DNA of 50,294 nt. Source: Candidatus Omnitrophota bacterium (GTDB taxonomy: Bacteria; Omnitrophota; Gorgyraeia; Zapsychrales; Fredricksoniimonadaceae). A model generated the notes under the pieces. That model did no database searches. It worked only from the letters and a program-made list of their open reading frames with translations, and was not told the DNA's origin. The translations under genes and the position numbers were made by a program. Location of the stretch: positions 1 to 50,294 of the forward strand of contig JBAXRK010000006.1 of assembly GCA_037131245.1 (NCBI GenBank). Reading direction: 5' to 3'. Below, one piece after another: positions 29,080 to 37,378 of the stretch; the first letter of the stretch is position 1, and each line of letters opens with the position of its first letter.

Positions 29080-29832
29080 ATGCTGGCATTAAAGAATGTT
29101 TTTGTCCGCAAAGGCGGTAAGGATATCTTGCGGGATATTACCTGGTCGACGCGGCCGGGAGAGCACTGGTTCGTGATGGGCGGCAACGGTTCGGGCAAGA
29201 CCACGTTGATGGAATTGCTGGCCGGATATGCGTGGCCGCAACGGGGGGAGGTCGCCGTCCTTGGCGCGATCTTCGGCCGGGCCAGCCTTCCGGAATTGCG
29301 CGCGCGGGTCGGGTTCGTGTCACCCTGGATATTCCGCCGGATGGCGGCGGATGTTCTCTTTGAAGATGTGGTCGCTTCCGGCTTCGATGCTTCGGTCGGG
29401 TATAGCGGGCGCCAGAGTGCGAGGATCGCGGCCGCGGTGCGCCGTCAGATCGTTTTTTTTGGATGCGGGGACCTGAAAGGCCGGGCGTTCGGGACGCTTT
29501 CGTCAGGACAGCAACTCAAGGCGGTCTTGGCCCGCGCGCTGGTCCATGAACCAAGCATTCTTATTTTGGATGAGCCGTTCTCTTTGCTTGATATCGGCGC
29601 CCGGTTGGATATGTACGCGCTTTTGCTTAAATTGGCCCGCAGCTGCAAGGCGCCGCAGATCATTATGGTAACCCATCATCGGGAGGATATCCTTCCGGTT
29701 TTTACCCGGGGCTTATTGCTCAAGAAGGGGCGGATATTGTATCAGGGCCCGGTGGCGGAAGCTTTGCGGCCGGGCATGCTGGCGAAATGTTTTGGATTGT
29801 CCGCGTCAACACTTAAACAGGTCCTGGTCTGA
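29080..29832 (+). CDS. ABC transporter ATP-binding protein (YlmA/ModF-like)
   Basis: GGNGSGKTT, LSSGQ, LILDEP and MVTHH. Confidence 0.88.
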   Translation: MLALKNVFVRKGGKDILRDITWSTRPGEHWFVMGGNGSGKTTLMELLAGYAWPQRGEVAVLGAIFGRASLPELRARVGFVSPWIFRRMAADVLFEDVVASGFDASVGYSGRQSARIAAAVRRQIVFFGCGDLKGRAFGTLSSGQQLKAVLARALVHEPSILILDEPFSLLDIGARLDMYALLLKLARSCKAPQIIMVTHHREDILPVFTRGLLLKKGRILYQGPVAEALRPGMLAKCFGLSASTLKQVLV

Positions 29833-30506
29833 TGCTGCTGTTGAAATTCATCCTGGCTTTCTGCGGTTTGTCCTATGAGCTGATCCTGGCTCAAGGCTTG
29901 TCGGCTTTTTGCGATAATACTGTTCTGCGCTATAGTACGACGATCGGCTTTTATATGTTCGCGATGGGGTTGGGCGCTTTGGCTGCTTCCAGAATGGGCG
30001 CCCGCAGGCCGGTGGTCACATTATGGCAGACGGAAGTCCTTCTGGCTTTCGCCGGCGCGGGAAGTATCTTTTCTCTTTTTATGGTTTCTGGGACGCACGC
30101 GCCTGCGCAGCTGATCGTTGTGATGGCGTATGTGATGGTTGTTGTGATCGGTTTCTTGACCGGGTTGGAATTGCCCTTGATGCTGATGATGGCCGCAAAG
30201 GAAGGCCAGCCTGCCCGGGGGAAACTTCTGGCATTTGATTATGCCGGCGCGTGCGTTGCGACCTTGGTCTTTGTCTTTTTCTTTTACCCTACGGCCGGCC
30301 TGGTGAGCGCGGTCCTTATGGTGGCGCTGCTCAATATGCTGGCGGCGGTGGCGGTTGCTGTAAAATACCGTCATGAATTTGTCGGTCCGGCCGGATCGGT
30401 TTTGCTGGCGTCGTTATCACTATTGGGAGGGATATTGGCTCTGCTGCTGGTAAGCCGGCAGCTGGAGATCAATTTATTGGCGCTTTATTTGAGGCAGGGG
30501 CATTAA
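29832..30506 (+). CDS. Stand-alone membrane domain homologous to the N-terminus of membrane-bound SpeE
   Basis: AFCGLSYELIL, MGLGA, GLELPL and FDYAG match the N-terminus of 30865..32616; no catalytic domain. Confidence 0.75.
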   Translation: MLLLKFILAFCGLSYELILAQGLSAFCDNTVLRYSTTIGFYMFAMGLGALAASRMGARRPVVTLWQTEVLLAFAGAGSIFSLFMVSGTHAPAQLIVVMAYVMVVVIGFLTGLELPLMLMMAAKEGQPARGKLLAFDYAGACVATLVFVFFFYPTAGLVSAVLMVALLNMLAAVAVAVKYRHEFVGPAGSVLLASLSLLGGILALLLVSRQLEINLLALYLRQGH

Positions 30507-30868
30507 TGGACAAGAAAGATCATTCTTTCGGCAGGCATTTTCTGGTCGAGTTCGTTGGTTGCCCGGCAGACCGCATTGCGCGCGTTGCCGATATCCGTGA
30601 GGGATTCTTGCAGGCGGCCCGGCTGAGTGGGGCCACGATCCTGGAGTCGTTTTTTCATCAGTTCGAACCCCGGGGGGTGACCGGGATGATCTTTATCGCC
30701 GAATCGCATTTTGCCATTCACACCTGGCCAGAGTCGGGTTATGTTGCCCTGGATATCCTGACTTGCGGCGTCATGGCGCCACAGAAAGCGATCGATCATC
30801 TGGAGCAGATGCTTAAAGCCGAACGGGTCGAGGTCCGGGAGTTCACGCGAGGCTATAACGACCGATGA
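30506..30868 (+). CDS. speD: S-adenosylmethionine decarboxylase proenzyme
   Basis: GRHFLVE, HQFEPRGVT, IAESHFAIHTWPE (pyruvoyl cleavage site) and DILTCG. Confidence 0.95.
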   Translation: MDKKDHSFGRHFLVEFVGCPADRIARVADIREGFLQAARLSGATILESFFHQFEPRGVTGMIFIAESHFAIHTWPESGYVALDILTCGVMAPQKAIDHLEQMLKAERVEVREFTRGYNDR

Positions 30869-32616
30869 ACTTTATTTATTTGCTCAGCTTTGTCCTGGCT
30901 TTCTGCGCGTTACTTTATGAGCTGCTCATCGCGCGGGTTGTTTCCTTATGGGCAGTGAATAACACGGTTTGGTACGCTTTGGTTGTTGGTATTTTTATCG
31001 GCGGGATGGGAACAGGCGCTTGGCTGACGGAACGCGGGCAGAAGGTGGGGGCAGCCTGGCCCCGTCTTTTTCGCATCGAGCTTTGGTTGGTTTTTGCCGG
31101 AGGGCTTTGTGTTCTGGCTGTTTACGCGGCAGGCCTGGCGGGGCTCTATTTGGGGCTATGCGGGTTTGAGAGCTGGGGGAGGATCCTTTTCTTCGGGACG
31201 GCCTTTGTTGCGGCTCTTAGTGTCGGTGTTGGCGCGGGCATGGAATTGCCGCTTTTGCTTTCGATGGCGGATGAACAGGCTCCCGGGGTATCCGGGGAAA
31301 AAGCCGGGGCTGTCCTTTTTATGGATTATGCTGGGTCGCTGGCTGCCGGCCTGGCCTTTCCGCTGGTGATCATCCCCTGGATGAGCGTGATGGCAGCAGC
31401 GGCACTTGTCGCTTGTGTTAACGGCATGGCTGCTTTGGGGTTGTTGTGGCATTACCGTTCGGCGTCAGGGCATAAACGCGCCTGGTCGCTGGTCTTCCTG
31501 ATGGCGGCTTTTTACTGCGTTTCACCGGGCATCGAGGGATATTTCACCTCGAAATATTATTTCAGTTTCCAGGATGACCTGGCTCTGGCCATGTTTTTTA
31601 AGCCCCGGGTTTATCCCGGCAGGGTAGAGCGGTTGAGGTCTCCTTACCAGATCCTGGACCTGGTGGTGGCCGACGATATCGGCCCGGATGCCAGGGGATT
31701 GTTGAAGGCTTACATCAAGGGGGATCCTTCGGATGATAAGAGCCTTGAGGGGATGGTTCTTTTTTTGAACAATGATTTCCAGTTCGCGGCGTCTTTTGAG
31801 CGGATCTATCATGAGACGTTCGCGCATGTGCCTGTAGCCGTTCTGGGGCGGGTGCCGGAGAGCGTTCTTATTCTCGGTGGAGGGGATGGCTTACTGTTAA
31901 GGGAGGTTCTTAAATACCCTGGTGTCAGGCAGGTCGTTCTCGTTGATATCGATCCGAAGGTCCTGGGGGCCTTTAAGAATGTCAGGGCGCTGGCGAGCCT
32001 CAATCACAACGCGTTGCGGGACCCGCGCGTGACGGTGGTGACACAGGACGCGTACCAGTATGTCCGCCGGCCGGGGGAGAGTTACGAGATGGTCTTTTGT
32101 GATTTTCCCAATCCCGATGATTATGATCTGGCCAAGCTGTATAGCCGGGAATTTTATCGGTTCCTGCGGTCACACGTGAAGCCTGGAGGGCTAGTGGCCG
32201 TTGATGCGCCGGGTTTATCGCAGGAGAACGGCGGAGAGTCGCGGGGTATGTGGGCGGTTTTGAGCAATACCCTTCAGGCGGCTGGTTTCGCTTCGGTGAG
32301 GCCTTTCTTTTCGCAGCTTGAGGAGGATAACAAAGAAGCCCTGTCGCTTATGGAGGGAAACAAGGAAGCCCTTCACGGGTATGTTGACGGCCTGACATCG
32401 GGTTTTTTGATGGCCTTTGTTGATCAGGGGCCATCGGGTGAGCCCCGGCCTTTAAATGTTGCCGGGCTAAGGGTCATCAACGATGCGCGGGTCCGGTTGA
32501 GCCTGGAGCGCGCGGCCCGCTTTTCGTTCTATCATGACCCTGTCGCGGTAAATTCTATTCTCCGTCCGCTTTTTCCATTGCGGGGGGATTCAGGCAAGAT
32601 CCGCAGCGCTTATTAA
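30865..32616 (+). CDS. speE: Membrane-bound polyamine aminopropyltransferase (spermidine synthase-like)
   Basis: N-terminal TM domain; SPYQ, YHETFAH, VLILGGGDG, VDIDP, CDFPNP and LYSREFY. Confidence 0.85.
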   Translation: MNFIYLLSFVLAFCALLYELLIARVVSLWAVNNTVWYALVVGIFIGGMGTGAWLTERGQKVGAAWPRLFRIELWLVFAGGLCVLAVYAAGLAGLYLGLCGFESWGRILFFGTAFVAALSVGVGAGMELPLLLSMADEQAPGVSGEKAGAVLFMDYAGSLAAGLAFPLVIIPWMSVMAAAALVACVNGMAALGLLWHYRSASGHKRAWSLVFLMAAFYCVSPGIEGYFTSKYYFSFQDDLALAMFFKPRVYPGRVERLRSPYQILDLVVADDIGPDARGLLKAYIKGDPSDDKSLEGMVLFLNNDFQFAASFERIYHETFAHVPVAVLGRVPESVLILGGGDGLLLREVLKYPGVRQVVLVDIDPKVLGAFKNVRALASLNHNALRDPRVTVVTQDAYQYVRRPGESYEMVFCDFPNPDDYDLAKLYSREFYRFLRSHVKPGGLVAVDAPGLSQENGGESRGMWAVLSNTLQAAGFASVRPFFSQLEEDNKEALSLMEGNKEALHGYVDGLTSGFLMAFVDQGPSGEPRPLNVAGLRVINDARVRLSLERAARFSFYHDPVAVNSILRPLFPLRGDSGKIRSAY

Positions 32617-32628
32617 AGAGGTATTGAA

Positions 32629-33135
32629 ATGAATGAGGCATGGCGTAAATTCCTGGCATTTGAATGGTTGATGCTGGTCATTTTCGGCTTCTTCTGGGGG
32701 ACGGCCATGTGGCTGGTTCTCTTTCTTTCTGGCGGTCTTGCCGATAAAGAGGAGTTTTGGAGGAACTTTTTTATTATGGTTGGCCCGTACGCGGCTTATC
32801 TCGTTTGCCGGTCCCTTTATTTGCTTTATCGGTCGTTGCGTTGGGCTTATCTGGTCGCCAACTTCTTGTTCCGTTCGGAAGCGGAAAAAACATTTGCTCA
32901 GGAATGGCTGCTTTTCGTGATCCTGGGGGTCTTGTGGGCGTTCATCCTGATTTATCCGCTGTATGTTGTAGAGATGTTCTCGGCGAAAGCCTGGCCATGG
33001 GCCGCTTTGATCATGGTCGCGCCGTATGGCTCTTTTTTAGTCGTGCGCTGGGTGGTCGTCTCCAGCATCAGGGCAGATCGGTTGCTCAATGAGGAGAGAT
33101 CCCGAACAAAAAAAGAACCCCGTGCCAAGGGATAG
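32629..33135 (+). CDS. Hypothetical membrane protein with two-fold internal repeat
   Basis: GAGG RBS; AFEWL...FWG...IMVGPYAAYLV is repeated as AQEWL...LWA...IMVAPYGSFLV. Confidence 0.75.
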   Translation: MNEAWRKFLAFEWLMLVIFGFFWGTAMWLVLFLSGGLADKEEFWRNFFIMVGPYAAYLVCRSLYLLYRSLRWAYLVANFLFRSEAEKTFAQEWLLFVILGVLWAFILIYPLYVVEMFSAKAWPWAALIMVAPYGSFLVVRWVVVSSIRADRLLNEERSRTKKEPRAKG

Positions 33136-33145
33136 CACGGGGCTC
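33108..33145 (-). terminator. Rho-independent terminator (minus strand)
   Basis: GAGCCCCGTGC-loop-GCACGGGGTTC followed by T7. G-U wobble pairs form only on the minus strand. Confidence 0.75.
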
Positions 33146-33286
33146 GCGAATGCCCCTAGGAGATATAGGGCATTCTCAGGGAGATGGGATGGGAGTCTCC
33201 TTAACTCGTTGATCCCGAGTTCATTGTGGGATGCTCCCGCGGCGGCAGGTGCCGGGCGGGGATGATAACTAAGTTTTTAAAGAACT
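33108..33286 (-). ncRNA. Candidate small RNA (~180 nt) with tandem hairpins and C-rich loops
   Basis: Bounded by a near-consensus promoter (33293-33320) and an intrinsic terminator (33108-33145); four to five hairpins; no credible ORF. Confidence 0.6.
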
Positions 33287-33292
33287 GATTTA

Positions 33293-33320
33293 ATTCTAGC
33301 GCCAATAAGTTTATTGTCAA
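33293..33320 (-). promoter_or_regulatory. sigma70-type promoter of the candidate sRNA
   Basis: TTGACA-N16-TAGAAT, the same architecture as 22491-22518. Confidence 0.65.
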
Positions 33321-33417
33321 CTTATTTGTGGTGAAAAATAGAAAAAATTATGCAGGTGTTGTAAAGGGGATGGTATAGAATAAGGGCATTCGGATAAACC
33401 TAAACAAGGGGGGGCAT

Positions 33418-34098
33418 ATGTACGGATGGGACCAAATCATTTTAGACCCGGTCAAGACGATGATCACCAAAGTGGCATCGTTTGTTCCGGTGTTGTTCGG
33501 TGCTCTGGTGATCCTGCTTGCCGGGTGGATCATTGCTAAAGTGGCCAGTGGCCTGGTGCAGAAAGCTCTTGAAGCGATCAAGTTCAACGATATTTCCGCC
33601 AAGATCGGCCTGACGGACCTTCTTTCCAAAGGCAATGTTCCATTATCGCCGTCGGCTCTTTTGGTATCGGCTGTTTATTGGTCGGGCATGATCGTTGTTT
33701 TCGCGATCACGGTCGACGCGATCGGGCTTAATGTGGCGGCGGCTCTTTTGGTGAAGGTTTCCTCTTATATCCCGAATGTTATTTCCGCGATCTTTGTGCT
33801 GATCGTCGGGATGTTCCTGGCAAATCTGATCAGCGGTGTTATTAAGGCGACGGCGTCCGATGCCGGCCTGGCCCGCGCCGAGTTCCTGGGCAGCATCGCC
33901 AAGGGCGCGATCCTGCTTTTTACCACGGTCGTGGTATTGGAAGAGCTTAATATCGCGTCCTTCTTTGTGACGACCACCTTCCAGATCTTTTTCGCGGCGA
34001 TTTGCCTGGCGCTGGCGCTTTCTTTCGGGCTTGGCGGTAAGGACCTGGCGGCCAAGATCCTTTGGGATTTTTTCAATAAACAGAACATTAATAAATAG
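33418..34098 (+). CDS. MscS-associated conserved-TM-helix protein (CmpX-like)
   Basis: FVPVLFGALVILLAGWIIA repeated as YIPNVISAIFVLIVG; ALSFGLGGKD. Confidence 0.85.
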   Translation: MYGWDQIILDPVKTMITKVASFVPVLFGALVILLAGWIIAKVASGLVQKALEAIKFNDISAKIGLTDLLSKGNVPLSPSALLVSAVYWSGMIVVFAITVDAIGLNVAAALLVKVSSYIPNVISAIFVLIVGMFLANLISGVIKATASDAGLARAEFLGSIAKGAILLFTTVVVLEELNIASFFVTTTFQIFFAAICLALALSFGLGGKDLAAKILWDFFNKQNINK

Positions 34099-34124
34099 GC
34101 CTTATGGCAATACCGGATGTATTC

Positions 34125-34156
34125 AAAAGCGCGGGGGTCATGCCCCGCGCTTTTTT
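34125..34156 (+). terminator. Hairpin/terminator overlapping the start of the next gene
   Basis: AAAAGCGCGGGG-GTCATG-CCCCGCGCTTTT; the loop contains ATG 34140. Confidence 0.55.
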
Positions 34157-36062
34157 ATTGGGGATGCTTTGCGCGGCGGCGCAGGTGCTTTTTTTTCGGG
34201 AGCTCCTTGCCTGCCTGTATGGCAATGAACTGCTTTTTACGGGATTGATGGCGGCCTGGTCCGTGGGGATCGCCGGCGGCAGTGCGTGGGGCCGCCGGAT
34301 CGGGAGCGGTTGGCCAGTCCTTTTATTGGGGGTTGCCCTTTTTTCCTGGGATATTTGGGCTTGCCGCCATGTCCGGGGTTTGCTGGGTTGGCCGGTTGGC
34401 GTGTCAGGAGACATCTTACCGTCTTTGCTGGTGTCGGTAATCCTGGTGTTCCCGCCGGCTTTTATCCTCGGAGGGTATTTTGCGGCTTTGGCGGCGGGAC
34501 AGTTGAAAAAGCCGGGGACGCGGATCTACGCGGCCGAAACGCTGGGTTTTGCGGCCGGGGCTTTGCTGATGGTGGTCTTTTTCCTCAGCCCGTTTTCGCA
34601 GGTGAGCGTAGCGTCGCGGAGCCCTCAATGGCCTGGTTATAAGGTGGTCGCGGCCCGCGAGACGCCGCTGGCCTCGTTCGTGGTGGCTGAGCGTCAGGGA
34701 GAGACGAGCCTTTTTGAGAGCGGTTTACTTGTGGCGACGACCCACGACCGCTTGACGGCGGAGGAAAGCGTTCATTACGCCTTGCTGGCGCATCCGTCGC
34801 CAAAGAGGGTCCTGTTGATCGGCGGTGCGGCGACCGGGGCGGTCGAGGAGGCGATAAAGCATCCAGGTTTGAAAGTGGATGTTCTTGAGCCTGATCGGGT
34901 GGTGTTTGATTTGGCCCGCACTTATTTCCCGGATGCGGCAAAGGCGCTATTGGATCCGCGGGTCCGAGCCATTATGGCGGATGGCCGCCGCTTGCTGAGG
35001 ACGTCGCGGGAAAGATACGACGCGGTGATCGTTTTGGTCGGGGATCCGTGTACATTGCTGGCCAACAGGTACTATACGGCTGATTTTTTTGTTGATGTGA
35101 AGGCCCATCTTTCGCCGGGCGGGATGATGTCGGTGGCCCTTTCGGCGTCTGAGAATTATGTGAATGAAGAGGGCCGCGCGGCTCTGGGAGGGATACGCTC
35201 AACGCTCGCTTCTGTTTTTGAAGCGGTCAGGGTTATTCCCGGTGGAAAATATATTTTTCTTGCCGCCAGCCGTCCGGGGGATATTTCTATTGAGCCGGGG
35301 GTCCTGGCGGAGCGCCTTAAGGCCCGGGGTATTCAAAGTCTGTTCGTTCGCCCGGAATATTTTAATGAACGGCTGGGGGCCTATCGGGTAAAAGAGGCTG
35401 CGGACGTGGTGAGCGGGGGTCATCCTGTTAACCGGGATATTCGTCCGGCGGAATTGGTTGGGGCGCTTTCGTACTGGGCGTCGCAGTCCGGGTCGGCCTT
35501 TCCCCGGATCACGGCCTGGTTCCGGACTTTTGGCCTTTGGTTGTGGATTGTTCCTTTCCTGGTTTTTCTTGTTACACGGTTTAACCGGGGCGCGGCGGCG
35601 CCCTTCGTGGCGGGGTTCGGCCAGATGCTTTCTCAGACGGTTTCAGTGGCGCTGTTCCAGAGTGTGTTCGGGAATATTTATAGCCTGGTTGGCCTGCTGA
35701 CAGCTGGCGTGATGCTGGGGCTTTTTGTCGGGGCCAGGGAACATTCAAGGGGACACGGGCCATCGCCTTTCTTAGCCGGGGCCTTGTTGTTCACGGCCGC
35801 GGCGGTTATTGTGCCCTTGATCGCCGGCAATGATCTGTTGGCCGGAGGGTTCTTCGCGGTTTTTCCTTTCCTGGCGGGGTTATATGGCGGCCGGCAATTT
35901 ACATCGGCGGTGACCGGTGAACGTACCGGTGCGGCGTATACGATGGATGTTCTGGGTTCCGGGCTCGGGGCGCTGCTGGGAGGCCTTTTCCTGATCCCTT
36001 TCTGGGGCATCCCCCAGGCGCTGCTTTTCGCCGCGGCGATGCAACTGGCGCTATCCTTTTAG
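34140..36062 (+). CDS. Fused membrane (MFS-like halves) / spermidine-synthase-like protein
   Basis: N- and C-terminal TM blocks (QVLFFRELL...YGNEL; YTMDVLGSGLGA); central EESVH, VLLIGG, DGRRLL, GDP and NRYYT. The start may be 34104. Confidence 0.8.
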   Translation: MPRAFLLGMLCAAAQVLFFRELLACLYGNELLFTGLMAAWSVGIAGGSAWGRRIGSGWPVLLLGVALFSWDIWACRHVRGLLGWPVGVSGDILPSLLVSVILVFPPAFILGGYFAALAAGQLKKPGTRIYAAETLGFAAGALLMVVFFLSPFSQVSVASRSPQWPGYKVVAARETPLASFVVAERQGETSLFESGLLVATTHDRLTAEESVHYALLAHPSPKRVLLIGGAATGAVEEAIKHPGLKVDVLEPDRVVFDLARTYFPDAAKALLDPRVRAIMADGRRLLRTSRERYDAVIVLVGDPCTLLANRYYTADFFVDVKAHLSPGGMMSVALSASENYVNEEGRAALGGIRSTLASVFEAVRVIPGGKYIFLAASRPGDISIEPGVLAERLKARGIQSLFVRPEYFNERLGAYRVKEAADVVSGGHPVNRDIRPAELVGALSYWASQSGSAFPRITAWFRTFGLWLWIVPFLVFLVTRFNRGAAAPFVAGFGQMLSQTVSVALFQSVFGNIYSLVGLLTAGVMLGLFVGAREHSRGHGPSPFLAGALLFTAAAVIVPLIAGNDLLAGGFFAVFPFLAGLYGGRQFTSAVTGERTGAAYTMDVLGSGLGALLGGLFLIPFWGIPQALLFAAAMQLALSF

Positions 36063-36199
36063 CCGGCCAGCGAATCCGGGCTGCGGTAATAAAGGGCTTC
36101 TTTCATTCCCGGCTTTTGCGGCAGGGCATTGATCTTTCCCCCGAAAAAGAACGCCAGAAGCGCGGCCAAACTTGTTTTTAAAAAGTGACGGCGGTCCAT
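36059..36199 (-). CDS. Small Tat-signal peptide (46 aa), not in ORF track
   Basis: GGAG RBS; starts 1 nt after the amrS stop. MDRRHFLKTSLAALLAFFFGGKINALPQKPGMKEALYYRSPDSLAG* has the twin-arginine RRxFLK motif and a hydrophobic core. Confidence 0.75.
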   Translation of the reverse strand: MDRRHFLKTSLAALLAFFFGGKINALPQKPGMKEALYYRSPDSLAG

Positions 36200-36200
36200 A

Positions 36201-37175
36201 TCAGCTCCATATTCCCGGGATCGGTACCTGGCAGTATCCGCATTTGCCGTTGTTCAGGTGGTTTTCCAGTATCTGATACCCGTAGCGCTTGAGGATGATC
36301 CTGCGGCAGGACGGGCATTGGGTATTATTGCCCGGATGATCAGGAATATTCCCCACATAAACATAGTCCAGCCCTTCGGCCTTCGAGATATCCCAGGCGC
36401 GTGACAGGGTGCTTTCGGGCGTCGGCGGCAGGTTCTGCAGTTTGTGCATCGGCCAGAAACGGGAAAGATGCAGGGGCGTGTCTTTTCCCATGTTCTCTTT
36501 GACCCAGCGGGCCAGCGCGCGGATGTCATCATCGCTGTCATTCCAGGTGGGGATCACCAGATTGATGATCTCCACCCAGACACCCTGTTTTTTCATGGTG
36601 AGCAGGGCATCCTGGACGGGCTTGAGCGTGGCATTGCACATTCTTTTATAAAAGTCATCAGTGATCCCTTTAAGGTTCACGCTGGCGGCATCGGTCACTT
36701 TGCATAATTCGAGCAGCGGGTCCTGTTCAATGTATCCGGCGGTAACAATGATATTCTTGATGTCCTTTTCCCTGGCTTGGCGCGCGGTGTCGAGCGTGTA
36801 TTCGTAGAAAACGATCGGCTCTGAGTAGGTATAGGCAATAGAGCGGCAGTTATTGGCACCGGCCTGAGCCACGACATTCTCCGGGGAGAGAGTCGCATTG
36901 CGTGTCTCTTCCGGCGGACTTTGGGATATTTCCCAGTTCTGGCAGTAAAGGCAGTGCAGATTACAGCCCGCCGTCGCAATCGAGAAAGCGTTTGTGCCCG
37001 GCAACATATGGAAAACTGGTTTCTTTTCGATCGGGTCAACGTGTACGGCGCAGGGGTTCCCGTAAACGAGTGAGAAAAGCTTTCCGTCGACATTCGTGCG
37101 GACGCGACAATCACCCCGTTGGCCCTGGGCGAGCTTGCAATGGCGAGGGCATAAGGTGCATTCGATTTTTTTCAT
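36201..37175 (-). CDS. amrS: AmmeMemoRadiSam system radical SAM enzyme
   Basis: CTLCPRHC...GDCRVR, VDPIEKKP, GCNLHCLYCQNWEISQ, YTYSEP and C-terminal CPSC...CGYC. Confidence 0.92.
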   Translation of the reverse strand: MKKIECTLCPRHCKLAQGQRGDCRVRTNVDGKLFSLVYGNPCAVHVDPIEKKPVFHMLPGTNAFSIATAGCNLHCLYCQNWEISQSPPEETRNATLSPENVVAQAGANNCRSIAYTYSEPIVFYEYTLDTARQAREKDIKNIIVTAGYIEQDPLLELCKVTDAASVNLKGITDDFYKRMCNATLKPVQDALLTMKKQGVWVEIINLVIPTWNDSDDDIRALARWVKENMGKDTPLHLSRFWPMHKLQNLPPTPESTLSRAWDISKAEGLDYVYVGNIPDHPGNNTQCPSCRRIILKRYGYQILENHLNNGKCGYCQVPIPGIWS

Positions 37176-37378
37176 AGGGCTTTCCAGTAGCTTGCCGGAT
37201 GAAGGTTCAATCCATGAGCGGTGAATCCGGCTATTAAATCTTTAGAAGAGGGCAAAGGCCCGCCTTCTTCTATTATTGCGCGGTCGCGTAGGAACGAGAC
37301 GGTATTGCCAAGTGTGCCTGCGCCTAGAAGGAGCGTCGCAGCGATCAGGATGGCTGTAAATGGTTTATTGGTTGCCAT
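37172..37378 (-). CDS. Small membrane-anchored/exported peptide (68 aa)
   Basis: N-terminal hydrophobic helix; ends GLNLHPASYWKAL; stop overlaps the amrS ATG (ATGA). Confidence 0.65.
   Translation of the reverse strand: MATNKPFTAILIAATLLLGAGTLGNTVSFLRDRAIIEEGGPLPSSKDLIAGFTAHGLNLHPASYWKAL

Noticed and set aside
33108-33286. 6S RNA, tRNA or CRISPR identity for the hairpin cluster
   Set aside because: No long 5'/3' pairing with a central bubble, no cloverleaf or T-loop, and the hairpins are not identical repeats.
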